Positions 26,986-34,992 of a DNA stretch of 34,992 nt are shown here, piece after piece. Origin of the DNA: Promethearchaeota archaeon (GTDB lineage Archaea > Asgardarchaeota > Lokiarchaeia > Sigyniarchaeales > SOKP01). Position 1 is the first letter of the stretch. The number at the start of each line of letters is the position of its first letter. The translations under genes and the position numbers were made by a program. The notes under the pieces were generated by a model that ran no database searches, was not told the origin of the DNA, and saw nothing but the letters and a program-made list of their open reading frames with translations. The stretch spans positions 1 to 34,992 of the forward strand of contig JBHLNT010000029.1 of assembly GCA_048941265.1 (NCBI GenBank), in the 5' to 3' direction.

Positions 26986-27789
26986 ATGAAGAATAACGAA
27001 AATCAAAATCACAGCTTACCAAAAACTCACCCTCGTTATCAAAGTTTAAAATATCGTCATAAAATTATTGAAGGTATGAAAAATTTAGTAGTTGCTGAAG
27101 CAGGATTAATTGCACATGGAAGAGGTGAATGTTTTGATTATATTTTGGGTGAAAAGACAAATGAAACTGCCAAAAAGGCTATAAAAGCAGCAGTCGCTTT
27201 GCTATTACTCGCAAAAAAGCCCGTGATAAGTGTTAATGGGAATACTGCAGCATTAGTTCCTAAAGAGTTAGTAGAATTGTCAAATGTGATTAATGCTCCT
27301 TTAGAAATCAATTTATTCTATCATAAAGAAGGACGAATTGAAGCCATTAGAAAAGATTTAGTAGATGCTGGAGCAAAAGATATTCTTGGGATTAATAAAG
27401 ATGATATGACTAGTCTTGATAATTTAGAGAGTAATCGGCGCTTTGTTGATATTGCTGGAATATATCAAGGAGATTGTATTTTTGTCCCTTTAGAAGATGG
27501 AGATCGTACTGAAGCTCTCAAAAAAATTGGAAAGAAAGTTATAGCTATCGATTTAAATCCGATAAGCAGAACGGCAATCTGGGCAGATATAACAATTGTA
27601 GACAATATTGTGAGAGCCTTACCAGAAATGATTAAAGTCGCTGATGAATTAAAAAAAATTAAAAAAAACCGATTAAGTGAAATTGTGGACAGATTTAATA
27701 ATAAAAAGAACATTCAAGAAGCATTAGATTTAATTATAGATTATATCAATGCCCAAAAGAAAGACGCATTCAAGATATTACAAACTTAA
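26986..27789 (+). CDS. 4-phosphopantoate--beta-alanine ligase (archaeal phosphopantothenate synthetase)
   Basis: HPRYQSL, GLIAHGRGE, SVNGN, VPLEDGDR and IDLNP motifs. Confidence 0.92.
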   Translation: MKNNENQNHSLPKTHPRYQSLKYRHKIIEGMKNLVVAEAGLIAHGRGECFDYILGEKTNETAKKAIKAAVALLLLAKKPVISVNGNTAALVPKELVELSNVINAPLEINLFYHKEGRIEAIRKDLVDAGAKDILGINKDDMTSLDNLESNRRFVDIAGIYQGDCIFVPLEDGDRTEALKKIGKKVIAIDLNPISRTAIWADITIVDNIVRALPEMIKVADELKKIKKNRLSEIVDRFNNKKNIQEALDLIIDYINAQKKDAFKILQT

Positions 27790-27887
27790 TTTATGATTTA
27801 TCGTTTCAAAAAAGATTAAATGTTTTTAATATTTTTAATTAGATAGTTTTAATATATCATTATAATAAAATTGAAACTTAGATTGCG

Positions 27888-28427
27888 ATGGGTACAGACA
27901 AAGACACACGTACAAGAATTATTAAAGATAGCACTACTGATAAGACATATATTATTAGGAAATGTACGTTTGAGGATTTAGAATTAGTCAAGGAAGTTAA
28001 TGAAAAAGAATTGCCGGAAGATTATCCCTTTTTCTTTTATAAAAGTATTCTCGATAATTACCCGGAATCCTTTTTAGTAGCCTGTCCCAAGGAGGATACA
28101 AGCAAAATTATAGGATATGTCATGTGGAGAATTGAAAGAACTCCCTCCAAAAATAGCTTAAGATTAGTCAATAAAGGACATTTAGTATCCATTGCGGTTA
28201 GTCAAGAGTATAGAAGATTAGGAATCGCCAGCGCATTGCTCTCAGAAAGCATGCCTGAAATCAAAACCCACAGCATAAATGAATACGTTTTAGAAGTAAG
28301 AGTTTCAAACTATGGGGCTATCTGCCTATATCAAGGATTCAATTTTAAAACTGAGGGTATTAAGAAAAAATATTATAGGGACGGAGAAAACGCGTATTAT
28401 ATGGTTAATAAACTAGACGATAATTAA
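27888..28427 (+). CDS. N-alpha-acetyltransferase (Ard1/RimI family)
   Basis: LPEDY, GHLVSIAV, RRLGIA, LEVRVSN and YYRDGENAY motifs. Confidence 0.92.
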   Translation: MGTDKDTRTRIIKDSTTDKTYIIRKCTFEDLELVKEVNEKELPEDYPFFFYKSILDNYPESFLVACPKEDTSKIIGYVMWRIERTPSKNSLRLVNKGHLVSIAVSQEYRRLGIASALLSESMPEIKTHSINEYVLEVRVSNYGAICLYQGFNFKTEGIKKKYYRDGENAYYMVNKLDDN

Positions 28428-29431
28428 TTTAATGATTGTTCCAATCCTTTAATTAAATAGGTCAAGGTCTCATTAATAGGTACGTTCACTCCCAATTCTT
28501 GAGCATATTTTACGATTCTACCATTTATAAACTCTATTTCTGTTTTTTTTCCCTTTAAAACATCCTGCAGCATACTATTTATATTTTCTGAAGTTTTTTC
28601 TGCTACTTCATACATTATTCCTATATAATCCGACTTTGAAAGATTCACATTTTTTAGCCCAGCAATTTTGATTGCTTCCTTTACAGCTTCAGCCATTAAA
28701 ATCTTTAATCTTTCATCCTGTAGTAATTGACCGTTCTTTAAGCGAGTTAACGCACCAAAAGCATTGATGCCAATATTAACGAATACTTTTTCCCAACTTT
28801 CTCTAATTATATCATTAACATTTATCGTTTCTAAACCTGAAATGTTTAGAATATCGGTCAAAAGATTTAATCCCTTCTGAGCATCGTCTAATCTCTTACT
28901 TACTAAATTTGATTTATGTATAAATGGAAAACCTGCCTTTGTAATACCTTTTCCAGTATGTAAAATTTTACCCGGCTGTTCAAGTAATGCTCCAGTTGAA
29001 GTAACTGCTCTAATAATCTTTTCAGGTAAGCAATATTCTTTTACAATGTCTTCATTACCAATTCCGTTTTGCAAAACTACTAACCAATTACAAGAATCAA
29101 TTATTCTCTTGTATTGAGCAAGTGCACTTTCACTATCATAAGTTTTTGTAGTAAGAAACAAATAATCAAATATAGCCTCTGATTCTTGTAATGAAGCTCC
29201 CAAGAATTTATCTGGGGATTCAAAAGCTCTTATATTTTTAATATCTTTAATCTCTTGACCCACAATTAAATTTAATCCATTATTATTAATAGCTTCTGCA
29301 TGTTTTTCTCTACAAAACAAAATTACTTCAATGGAATATTTTTCAGATTTAATTGAAGCTAAATACCCCCCAAATAAAGTTCCTATAGATCCTGCTCCTA
29401 TAAACCCTATCTTTACTCTGATTTTGCTCAT
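28424..29431 (-). CDS. panE: 2-dehydropantoate 2-reductase
   Basis: GAGSIG, LQNGIG, WEK, N..IN, SMLQD and TEIEFING motifs. Confidence 0.92.
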   Translation of the reverse strand: MSKIRVKIGFIGAGSIGTLFGGYLASIKSEKYSIEVILFCREKHAEAINNNGLNLIVGQEIKDIKNIRAFESPDKFLGASLQESEAIFDYLFLTTKTYDSESALAQYKRIIDSCNWLVVLQNGIGNEDIVKEYCLPEKIIRAVTSTGALLEQPGKILHTGKGITKAGFPFIHKSNLVSKRLDDAQKGLNLLTDILNISGLETINVNDIIRESWEKVFVNIGINAFGALTRLKNGQLLQDERLKILMAEAVKEAIKIAGLKNVNLSKSDYIGIMYEVAEKTSENINSMLQDVLKGKKTEIEFINGRIVKYAQELGVNVPINETLTYLIKGLEQSLN

Positions 29432-29474
29432 CCTTATTAATATTCTTTAATATGTTTTGATGCTATATATAACT

Positions 29475-30338
29475 TTAAAAAAACTTCTCTAAACTCGTTT
29501 GACCTTTTGAATACGTCCCAGATTTTTTTTTGATCTCAAAAATTTGAATTGTTTCTGGATCATTACGAGGTTTAACTTCTAATTCTCTCATAAGCATTAA
29601 TGAATTTTTGGCTGCATACCCCGAAAAATGATTATTAAAATAAATTCCAACTTTTTTGGAATTTTCAATTACTTCTCGGACTGATATTGCCCATTTTTTA
29701 ATCTCATCCTCATTGAAACAATAATCAAACCATATTTTCTTACCATACCCATGAAAACGTATATATGCTAATTCTAAATTAGTCACATCCATCCTAGGAG
29801 GTAATAAAGGCTCAATTACAGCACAATAACTAAGCTTATTAGTCTTTAAGTAATTAAAAGCCTCATCATCCATCCATGATTTGTGTCTAAATTCGACAAC
29901 TAATTGGTATCCCTCTTCTTCCCGATCTCTTGGCCAATTAGCAATAAATTCTTTTAAATTGCTAAAATGTTTTGCTTTTTGAAATGATGGTGGTAATTGT
30001 ATTAAGAATGCTAATAATTTTTTTGATTCAATTAAGGGATTCATTGCTTCTAAAAAAAAATTCAGATCATCTGTACAATTATCTATATCTAATTTAGTAT
30101 TATGAGTTATGGTTTGAGGGATTTTCGCTGAAAATAGAAAGTCGGGAGGTGTATTCTTTACCCAATTTTCTACGATCCACCTTGAAGGAATATTATAGAA
30201 CGTTGTATTAATCTCATTTGTATAAAAAACAGTCGAGTAGTATAAAAGAAAATCCTTTTTTGTCAGGCTTTTAGGGTAAAAAGAACCGACCCATTCATCA
30301 TAGCTCCACCCAGAAGTACCGATTAATACTTTTTTCAT
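29475..30338 (-). CDS. DUF72 family protein
   Basis: IGTSGWSY, EINTTFY, LIQLPPSF, VEFRHKSW, YIRFHG and YFNN motifs. Confidence 0.92.
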   Translation of the reverse strand: MKKVLIGTSGWSYDEWVGSFYPKSLTKKDFLLYYSTVFYTNEINTTFYNIPSRWIVENWVKNTPPDFLFSAKIPQTITHNTKLDIDNCTDDLNFFLEAMNPLIESKKLLAFLIQLPPSFQKAKHFSNLKEFIANWPRDREEEGYQLVVEFRHKSWMDDEAFNYLKTNKLSYCAVIEPLLPPRMDVTNLELAYIRFHGYGKKIWFDYCFNEDEIKKWAISVREVIENSKKVGIYFNNHFSGYAAKNSLMLMRELEVKPRNDPETIQIFEIKKKSGTYSKGQTSLEKFF

Positions 30339-30491
30339 AGTTTTTCCACTTAATCCTTGAGGTTTTTTTTTATTTCTTCCAGATGAAAAATTTTTCCTAC
30401 ATTAAATATATATCCCCCTCATGAATTTCTCACACTTAAAATCATAAAAGAATTATATTTAAATAATCAAGATACTTTACAATAATGAATA

Positions 30492-31634
30492 ATGCCTTCC
30501 TTAACGCTTAAGCAAATAGTTGACAGCTATTTGATTGGTGAAATCGATAAATCTTCTCTATTAAGTTATATCATATCTCTTATCGAAACATGTAGCGACG
30601 AAAAATTAAGATTAGAAGCTCTTGAATTCTTAAATAAATCACAATTAAAATCTGAACTAGTTTTTAAATTTCTGGAAAATTTATTAATTTCAGATGAAAG
30701 CCATCTTATTAAGGCATATTCTGCTAAATTTCTTATTACCAATTTCCCTAAAAAGGCCTATTCGCCATTATTTTGGGCACTCAGAAATCTAGAATGGCCT
30801 TTATTTAATGGACACAAAAATAATGCTTTAAGTTCTATTTTAAAGCAATTAAGAAAAGTAAAGGATACAAAATTACTTTCTTTGCTTAGGTTAAAAGAAC
30901 ATATATCATATCAAAATGAAATCTTCTTCCCAAATAACGGGGTGCTAAATTTACAAGACCTGAATATTAATAAAATAAGTGAAATTGAAGGGCTCCAGAG
31001 TCTTACAGACCTTAAAGAATTAAACTTAACAGGAAATAATATATCAGAAATTAATAATCTAGAAAATCTTGCCAACTTAAAAAAATTAAATCTCTCAGGG
31101 AATTACATAACAGAGATTAAAGGTCTAGATTCCCTCAAACAATTAAACCATTTATATTTACAAAATAATAATATAGCCGAAATTAAAGGCCTTAATAATC
31201 TAAAAAATTTACATTTTCTAAACCTCGAAAACAATAACATAACCGAAATAAAAAATCTTCATCATAATGTCAATTTAACCACTCTCTACCTTAATAACAA
31301 TGAGATTAATGAAGTAAAAAATCTTGATTATCTCCATGAATTATATTTCTTAGCACTTAATAATAATAATATTAAAGAAATAAAAGGACTTGGCACCTTA
31401 AGAAATCTAAGAATCTTACAACTCGCAGGAAATAAAATACAAGAGATCAAAGGACTCGGAAACCTGAAAAAATTAACCAATTTAAATTTATATAACAATG
31501 TTATTAAAGAGACAAAAGACCCTAACTTACCCAATCTCTATTTCTTTAGTCTCGACAACAATAAAATTCCTAAATTCCAATTAAAGGAATTCTACAAAAA
31601 ACATCGAAAATTTAGATATTTCCATTACTTTTAA
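30492..31634 (+). CDS. leucine-rich repeat protein (22-aa SDS22-like repeats) with HEAT-like N-terminus
   Basis: About 9-10 LxxLxLxxNxIxEIxGL repeats. Confidence 0.9.
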   Translation: MPSLTLKQIVDSYLIGEIDKSSLLSYIISLIETCSDEKLRLEALEFLNKSQLKSELVFKFLENLLISDESHLIKAYSAKFLITNFPKKAYSPLFWALRNLEWPLFNGHKNNALSSILKQLRKVKDTKLLSLLRLKEHISYQNEIFFPNNGVLNLQDLNINKISEIEGLQSLTDLKELNLTGNNISEINNLENLANLKKLNLSGNYITEIKGLDSLKQLNHLYLQNNNIAEIKGLNNLKNLHFLNLENNNITEIKNLHHNVNLTTLYLNNNEINEVKNLDYLHELYFLALNNNNIKEIKGLGTLRNLRILQLAGNKIQEIKGLGNLKKLTNLNLYNNVIKETKDPNLPNLYFFSLDNNKIPKFQLKEFYKKHRKFRYFHYF

Positions 31635-31652
31635 TCTAATTTGCTCTTTCTG

Positions 31653-32045
31653 TTAGTCATTAACCATGTCCAGAAGCGATTTTAAATTGGAATCTGCACT
31701 TTTAATAATCGCATTCCTAATCAGCTCTACACATAAATCGCTCTCTTCTCTTTCTAAAATCCATTTAATTGGTTCGAACGCAAGTTTAGGATAATTTTCT
31801 ATTATAACTTTAGCAGTTAAACCTCTTATTTGATAATTCTCATCAGAAATAAGTACTTGTTCCAAAAAATTGAAAAATTCATGAGTTTCGGGTTTAATAA
31901 CTCCCATAACTTCAATGCCGTCAAGTTTCAATGTAACATCTTCAGTATGCTCCACTATTGACTTTAAATAATACAAAGCAGATGATTTGTCGTACTCCCT
32001 TTTCTCATATTTGCGATATATATCGAAAGGGTTTAATTTTGACAT
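31653..32045 (-). CDS. HEAT-like helical protein homologous to the N-terminus of the flanking LRR proteins
   Basis: Shares DKSS..Y..S..E, FLE..LISDE...I...AK and A..P..W.L motifs with both neighbours. Confidence 0.75.
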   Translation of the reverse strand: MSKLNPFDIYRKYEKREYDKSSALYYLKSIVEHTEDVTLKLDGIEVMGVIKPETHEFFNFLEQVLISDENYQIRGLTAKVIIENYPKLAFEPIKWILEREESDLCVELIRNAIIKSADSNLKSLLDMVND

Positions 32046-32153
32046 CCAATCATTATTTAAGAAAGGGAATCATTTAAATTTATATCAATTATCTGAAAAA
32101 ATAGCATTAAAAACTTAAATATTTATATATCCAACTCATTTAATTAAATGTAG

Positions 32154-33296
32154 ATGCCCCTTTTAGAGCCTAGAGAGACTTATAATAAATATTTGACCGG
32201 AAAAATTGATAAATCTTCAATAATTAGCTATTATATTTCCTTAATCGAAAAGAGCAATAAAGATTGGCTAAGAATTGATGCTTTAAGATTTTTAAATAAA
32301 TTAGGGCTTAAATCCGATTTTTACTTCAAACTCCTGGAATATCTCCTACTTTCTGATGAAGATTTTGTGATTAAAGCCTATGCAACAAAATTTCTTATTA
32401 AGAGTTTTCCTTATAGAGCAGTTAGGCCTATTCAATGGGCACTTGAAAATCTGGATTGGAATTCACTCAATGACTACCCAAAAATCGGATTAGGTTCCAT
32501 TTTAAGGGACTTAAGAAATTCTAAAAACCCTAAATTAATTCCCCTGTTAAATCTTAAGGAACATGTTGCATTTGATAATGAGATTTTTCTAGTGAAAAAT
32601 CATATATTAATTCTCAATAATTTAGGAATTACTAGTATAAAAGAAATAGAAGGTTTAGAAAAACTTGCGAATCTACACGAATTACACCTCTCAGGAAATG
32701 AAATTTCTGAAATTAAAGGACTTGAAAACCTTACTAAATTGAAACTCTTAGACCTTTCATATAACAAAATTAAACAAATAAAACATTTGGACTCTCTCTT
32801 AGATTTAAATCAGTTATACCTTAATAATAATGAAATAAATCAAATTAGCGGCCTCGATAATTTAATTAATTTACATTTTCTGAACCTTGACTCTAATGAG
32901 ATAACTGAAATCGATGGTCTAAATCATAATAAAAATCTTCATACCTTATACCTCAGCCATAATAACATTACTGAAATCGAAAATCTCACATCCCTCACGA
33001 ATCTCTTTATCCTCGCATTAAACAATAATAAAATTAAACATATAAATGGTTTAGAGAATTTATATAACTTGAGAGTACTACGCCTAAATGATAATCAATT
33101 AACGGAAATTAAAGGGTTCAATAACCTCAATAATTTAATAACCCTTAATTTAGCCAATAATAAGATTAAAAGGATACCTAGATCAAATCTGCCGCGTCTC
33201 ACCTGCTTCAATATCGATAATAATCAGATCCCCGAAGAAAATCTAATATTCTTCTACAAAAATAATGGTATATTTAAATACCTTCATTGCTTTTAA
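32154..33296 (+). CDS. leucine-rich repeat protein, paralogue of 30492-31634
   Basis: Same length (380 aa), colinear N-terminal domain and LRRs. Confidence 0.9.
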   Translation: MPLLEPRETYNKYLTGKIDKSSIISYYISLIEKSNKDWLRIDALRFLNKLGLKSDFYFKLLEYLLLSDEDFVIKAYATKFLIKSFPYRAVRPIQWALENLDWNSLNDYPKIGLGSILRDLRNSKNPKLIPLLNLKEHVAFDNEIFLVKNHILILNNLGITSIKEIEGLEKLANLHELHLSGNEISEIKGLENLTKLKLLDLSYNKIKQIKHLDSLLDLNQLYLNNNEINQISGLDNLINLHFLNLDSNEITEIDGLNHNKNLHTLYLSHNNITEIENLTSLTNLFILALNNNKIKHINGLENLYNLRVLRLNDNQLTEIKGFNNLNNLITLNLANNKIKRIPRSNLPRLTCFNIDNNQIPEENLIFFYKNNGIFKYLHCF

Positions 33297-33505
33297 CTTC
33301 AAAGAATACAAAATCTCATTACCTGGTTTAATATTTCAAATGTTTTCCCTGTTATTTCATTTTTAAAATTTTTGATCTAAGACCATAAAATTTTTAACCT
33401 AATAATTACTCTAATATTTCGTCGATGGTTCAACTATCAGTTTTTAAAAAAATTTATTCTTACGACCATCGCAAGTTATTGGTTGAGAAAAATATCTCAT
33501 CTAAT

Positions 33506-33625
33506 ATGATGACATACGCCAATAACGGCATCGGACTCGCGGAAGTACGTCACAGGAGATGAATACCTTGCGCTGCCTGGGAAAGCTGAGGAGTGTGGCG
33601 CCACAGGAAACGAGACGTCCGTACC
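33506..33625 (+). ncRNA. GC-rich structured element with C/D-box-like motifs in the 23S rRNA leader
   Basis: ATGATGA at 33506, CGGA at 33532, GAGATGA at 33556, CTGA at 33586; helices CGGAC/GTCCG and TGTG/CACA; GC-rich island within AT-rich flanks. Confidence 0.4.
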
Positions 33626-33792
33626 AAGCACTAAAAATCGTGCTCATAGGAACATACCCCATTGTAAAATCAAATGTCCCAAATATGAGGTTTGATTTAC
33701 AATCGCGAATACTTGCCAATTTTATATGCTTATCTTTCACACACTTAATACCTGTGCATAAGCAATCTGAACCTTTCCTTGAGTAGACGCCA

Positions 33793-34992
33793 TGACGCCT
33801 CCGCTATTTGGTGGATATCTTGGCTTGGGCACCGATGAAGAGCGTGACAAGCTGCGATAAGCTTGGGTTAGTCGCACGTAGACTTCGACCCCAAGATCCT
33901 CGAATCGGACATCCGCTTGCGGCCCAATAATCCGCAAGATTCCCATAACCCTAAGGTGAGGGAAGGGGAACCCTGGGAAGTAAAACATTTTAGTACCAGG
34001 AGGAAAAGAAAACAACAGTGATTCCGTGAGTAACGGCGAGCGAAAGCGGAACAGGTCAAACCGAATCCAATCGGGAAACCTTTTGGAGATGTGGTGTGTG
34101 GACCTCATACGACCTCCCTAGTGAAGGTGAAAACCTCTGGAATGCCGTGCCATAGAGCGTGACAGCCGCGTAACCGCAAACTAGAAGGTTGATTTGAGGT
34201 ATCCCGAGTAGTGCGGGATGGTTTTCTCGTACGAATGTGCCAAACACATATTGGCAAACCTAAATATGTCCCAAGACCGATAGTGAAGTAGTAGCGTGAG
34301 CGAAAGATGAAAAGTAACCCGGAAGGGTCGTGAAAAGTGCTTGAAACCAAATAGCTTAATAAGGATGCAGCCTGAAAGGATAGATTCTGAGCGAATGTGT
34401 TCCGGTGACGGAATATCAGAGCACAGAGGACTAGGGTTGCATCATCAGTCTGGAATCATTGGCCAGGGAGTTTATAGTAGAGGCGAGCTTAAGTGTCTCG
34501 CGGCACGGAGGCATAGGGAAACCAATATTCTTGCATCCTAATTATCACATTAGGATGACCTATTCGTTATACGATGAGCTATGCTCTCTAAAAACGTTTA
34601 GCGATTCCTTCTAAGGAATTAGGTCAGAAGAATGGTCTTAAAGGGCCAAGAGTCTCTGCTATAATACCCGAAGCCGGTCGATCTATTCCTGGGCAAGATG
34701 AAGCCGTTCGAAAGGGCGGTGGAGGTCTGCAGTAGTGATGACGTGCAATTCTCTTACATGACCTGGGAATAGGAGCAAAAGGCTAATCTAGATCGGTGAT
34801 AGCTGGTTCTCCCCGAAGTTGGTGTCAGCCAAGTCTCAAGCGAGGTAGCCAGTGGGGTAGAGCACTAATTGCGAAGTAAGGGGAAGAAATTCCTCGCCTC
34901 GCTCTTAAACTCCGAAACTGCTGGCGCCGTAGACCTTGGGAAACGGGTTGGTGGGCGTAAAGTCCATCGCCGAGACGGGAACAACCTAGACT
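33793..34992 (+). rRNA. 23S rRNA, 5' part (runs off the window; 5' end approximate)
   Basis: Conserved LSU segments GGTGGAT...CCGATGAAG..CGTG.CAAGCTGCGATAAGC, AAACAT.TTAGTACC, ACCGATAGTGAA..AGTA.CGTGAG.GAAAG and GATAGCTGGTTC. Confidence 0.97.

Noticed and set aside
4334-31534. Short antisense or nested ORFs in the track (e.g. 4334, 8829, 9471, 13632, 15016, 16411, 16472, 17210, 18174, 21679, 24792, 25095, 27465, 31328)
   Set aside because: Shadows of well-supported genes on the opposite strand.
33580-33625. Hammerhead-ribozyme-like string CTGAGGA-stem-GAAAC...GTC
   Set aside because: Stem I cannot form convincingly, and stem II closes with G-G instead of the conserved G-C.
33506-33625. RNase P RNA, 5S rRNA or SECIS identity for the leader element
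   Set aside because: Only short resemblances (e.g. CCACAGGAAACGAGACGTCC). There is no complete P4 helix or 5S pattern, and no upstream gene with an in-frame TGA.
33501-34541. Several short ORFs on both strands
   Set aside because: They overlap the 23S rRNA gene and its leader.
1-34992. CRISPR array, IS element, integrase or provirus
   Set aside because: No regularly spaced repeats, transposase/integrase motifs or duplicated tRNA 3' ends were seen.

Overview
AT-rich archaeal chromosome segment whose gene content points to an Asgard archaeon, probably Lokiarchaeia (inferred from profilin-like, PAC4-like, RPA32-like and Get3-like genes, LRR paralogues and a 23S rRNA with an enlarged expansion segment). 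It holds about 35 mostly housekeeping CDSs (TFB, Rpo12, FtsZ, the Dim2-RIO1-NMD3-aIF2beta cluster, aRF1, CoA-pathway and tRNA-thiolation genes), five tRNA genes and the 5' ~1.2 kb of a 23S rRNA gene with no 16S upstream. The most striking signal is in the tRNAs. All five are interrupted, by about 10 bulge-helix-bulge (BHB) type introns, 7 of them at non-canonical sites. The initiator tRNA-Met parses into four introns, including two stacked at the same T-loop site and a 1-nt exon, which would require ordered, recursive splicing. Other oddities: a TFB that appears to start at ATT, an ORF with an in-frame amber codon, a Whirly-like protein and a structured C/D-box-like element in the rRNA leader. 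All calls are by eye; no searches or folding programs were run.
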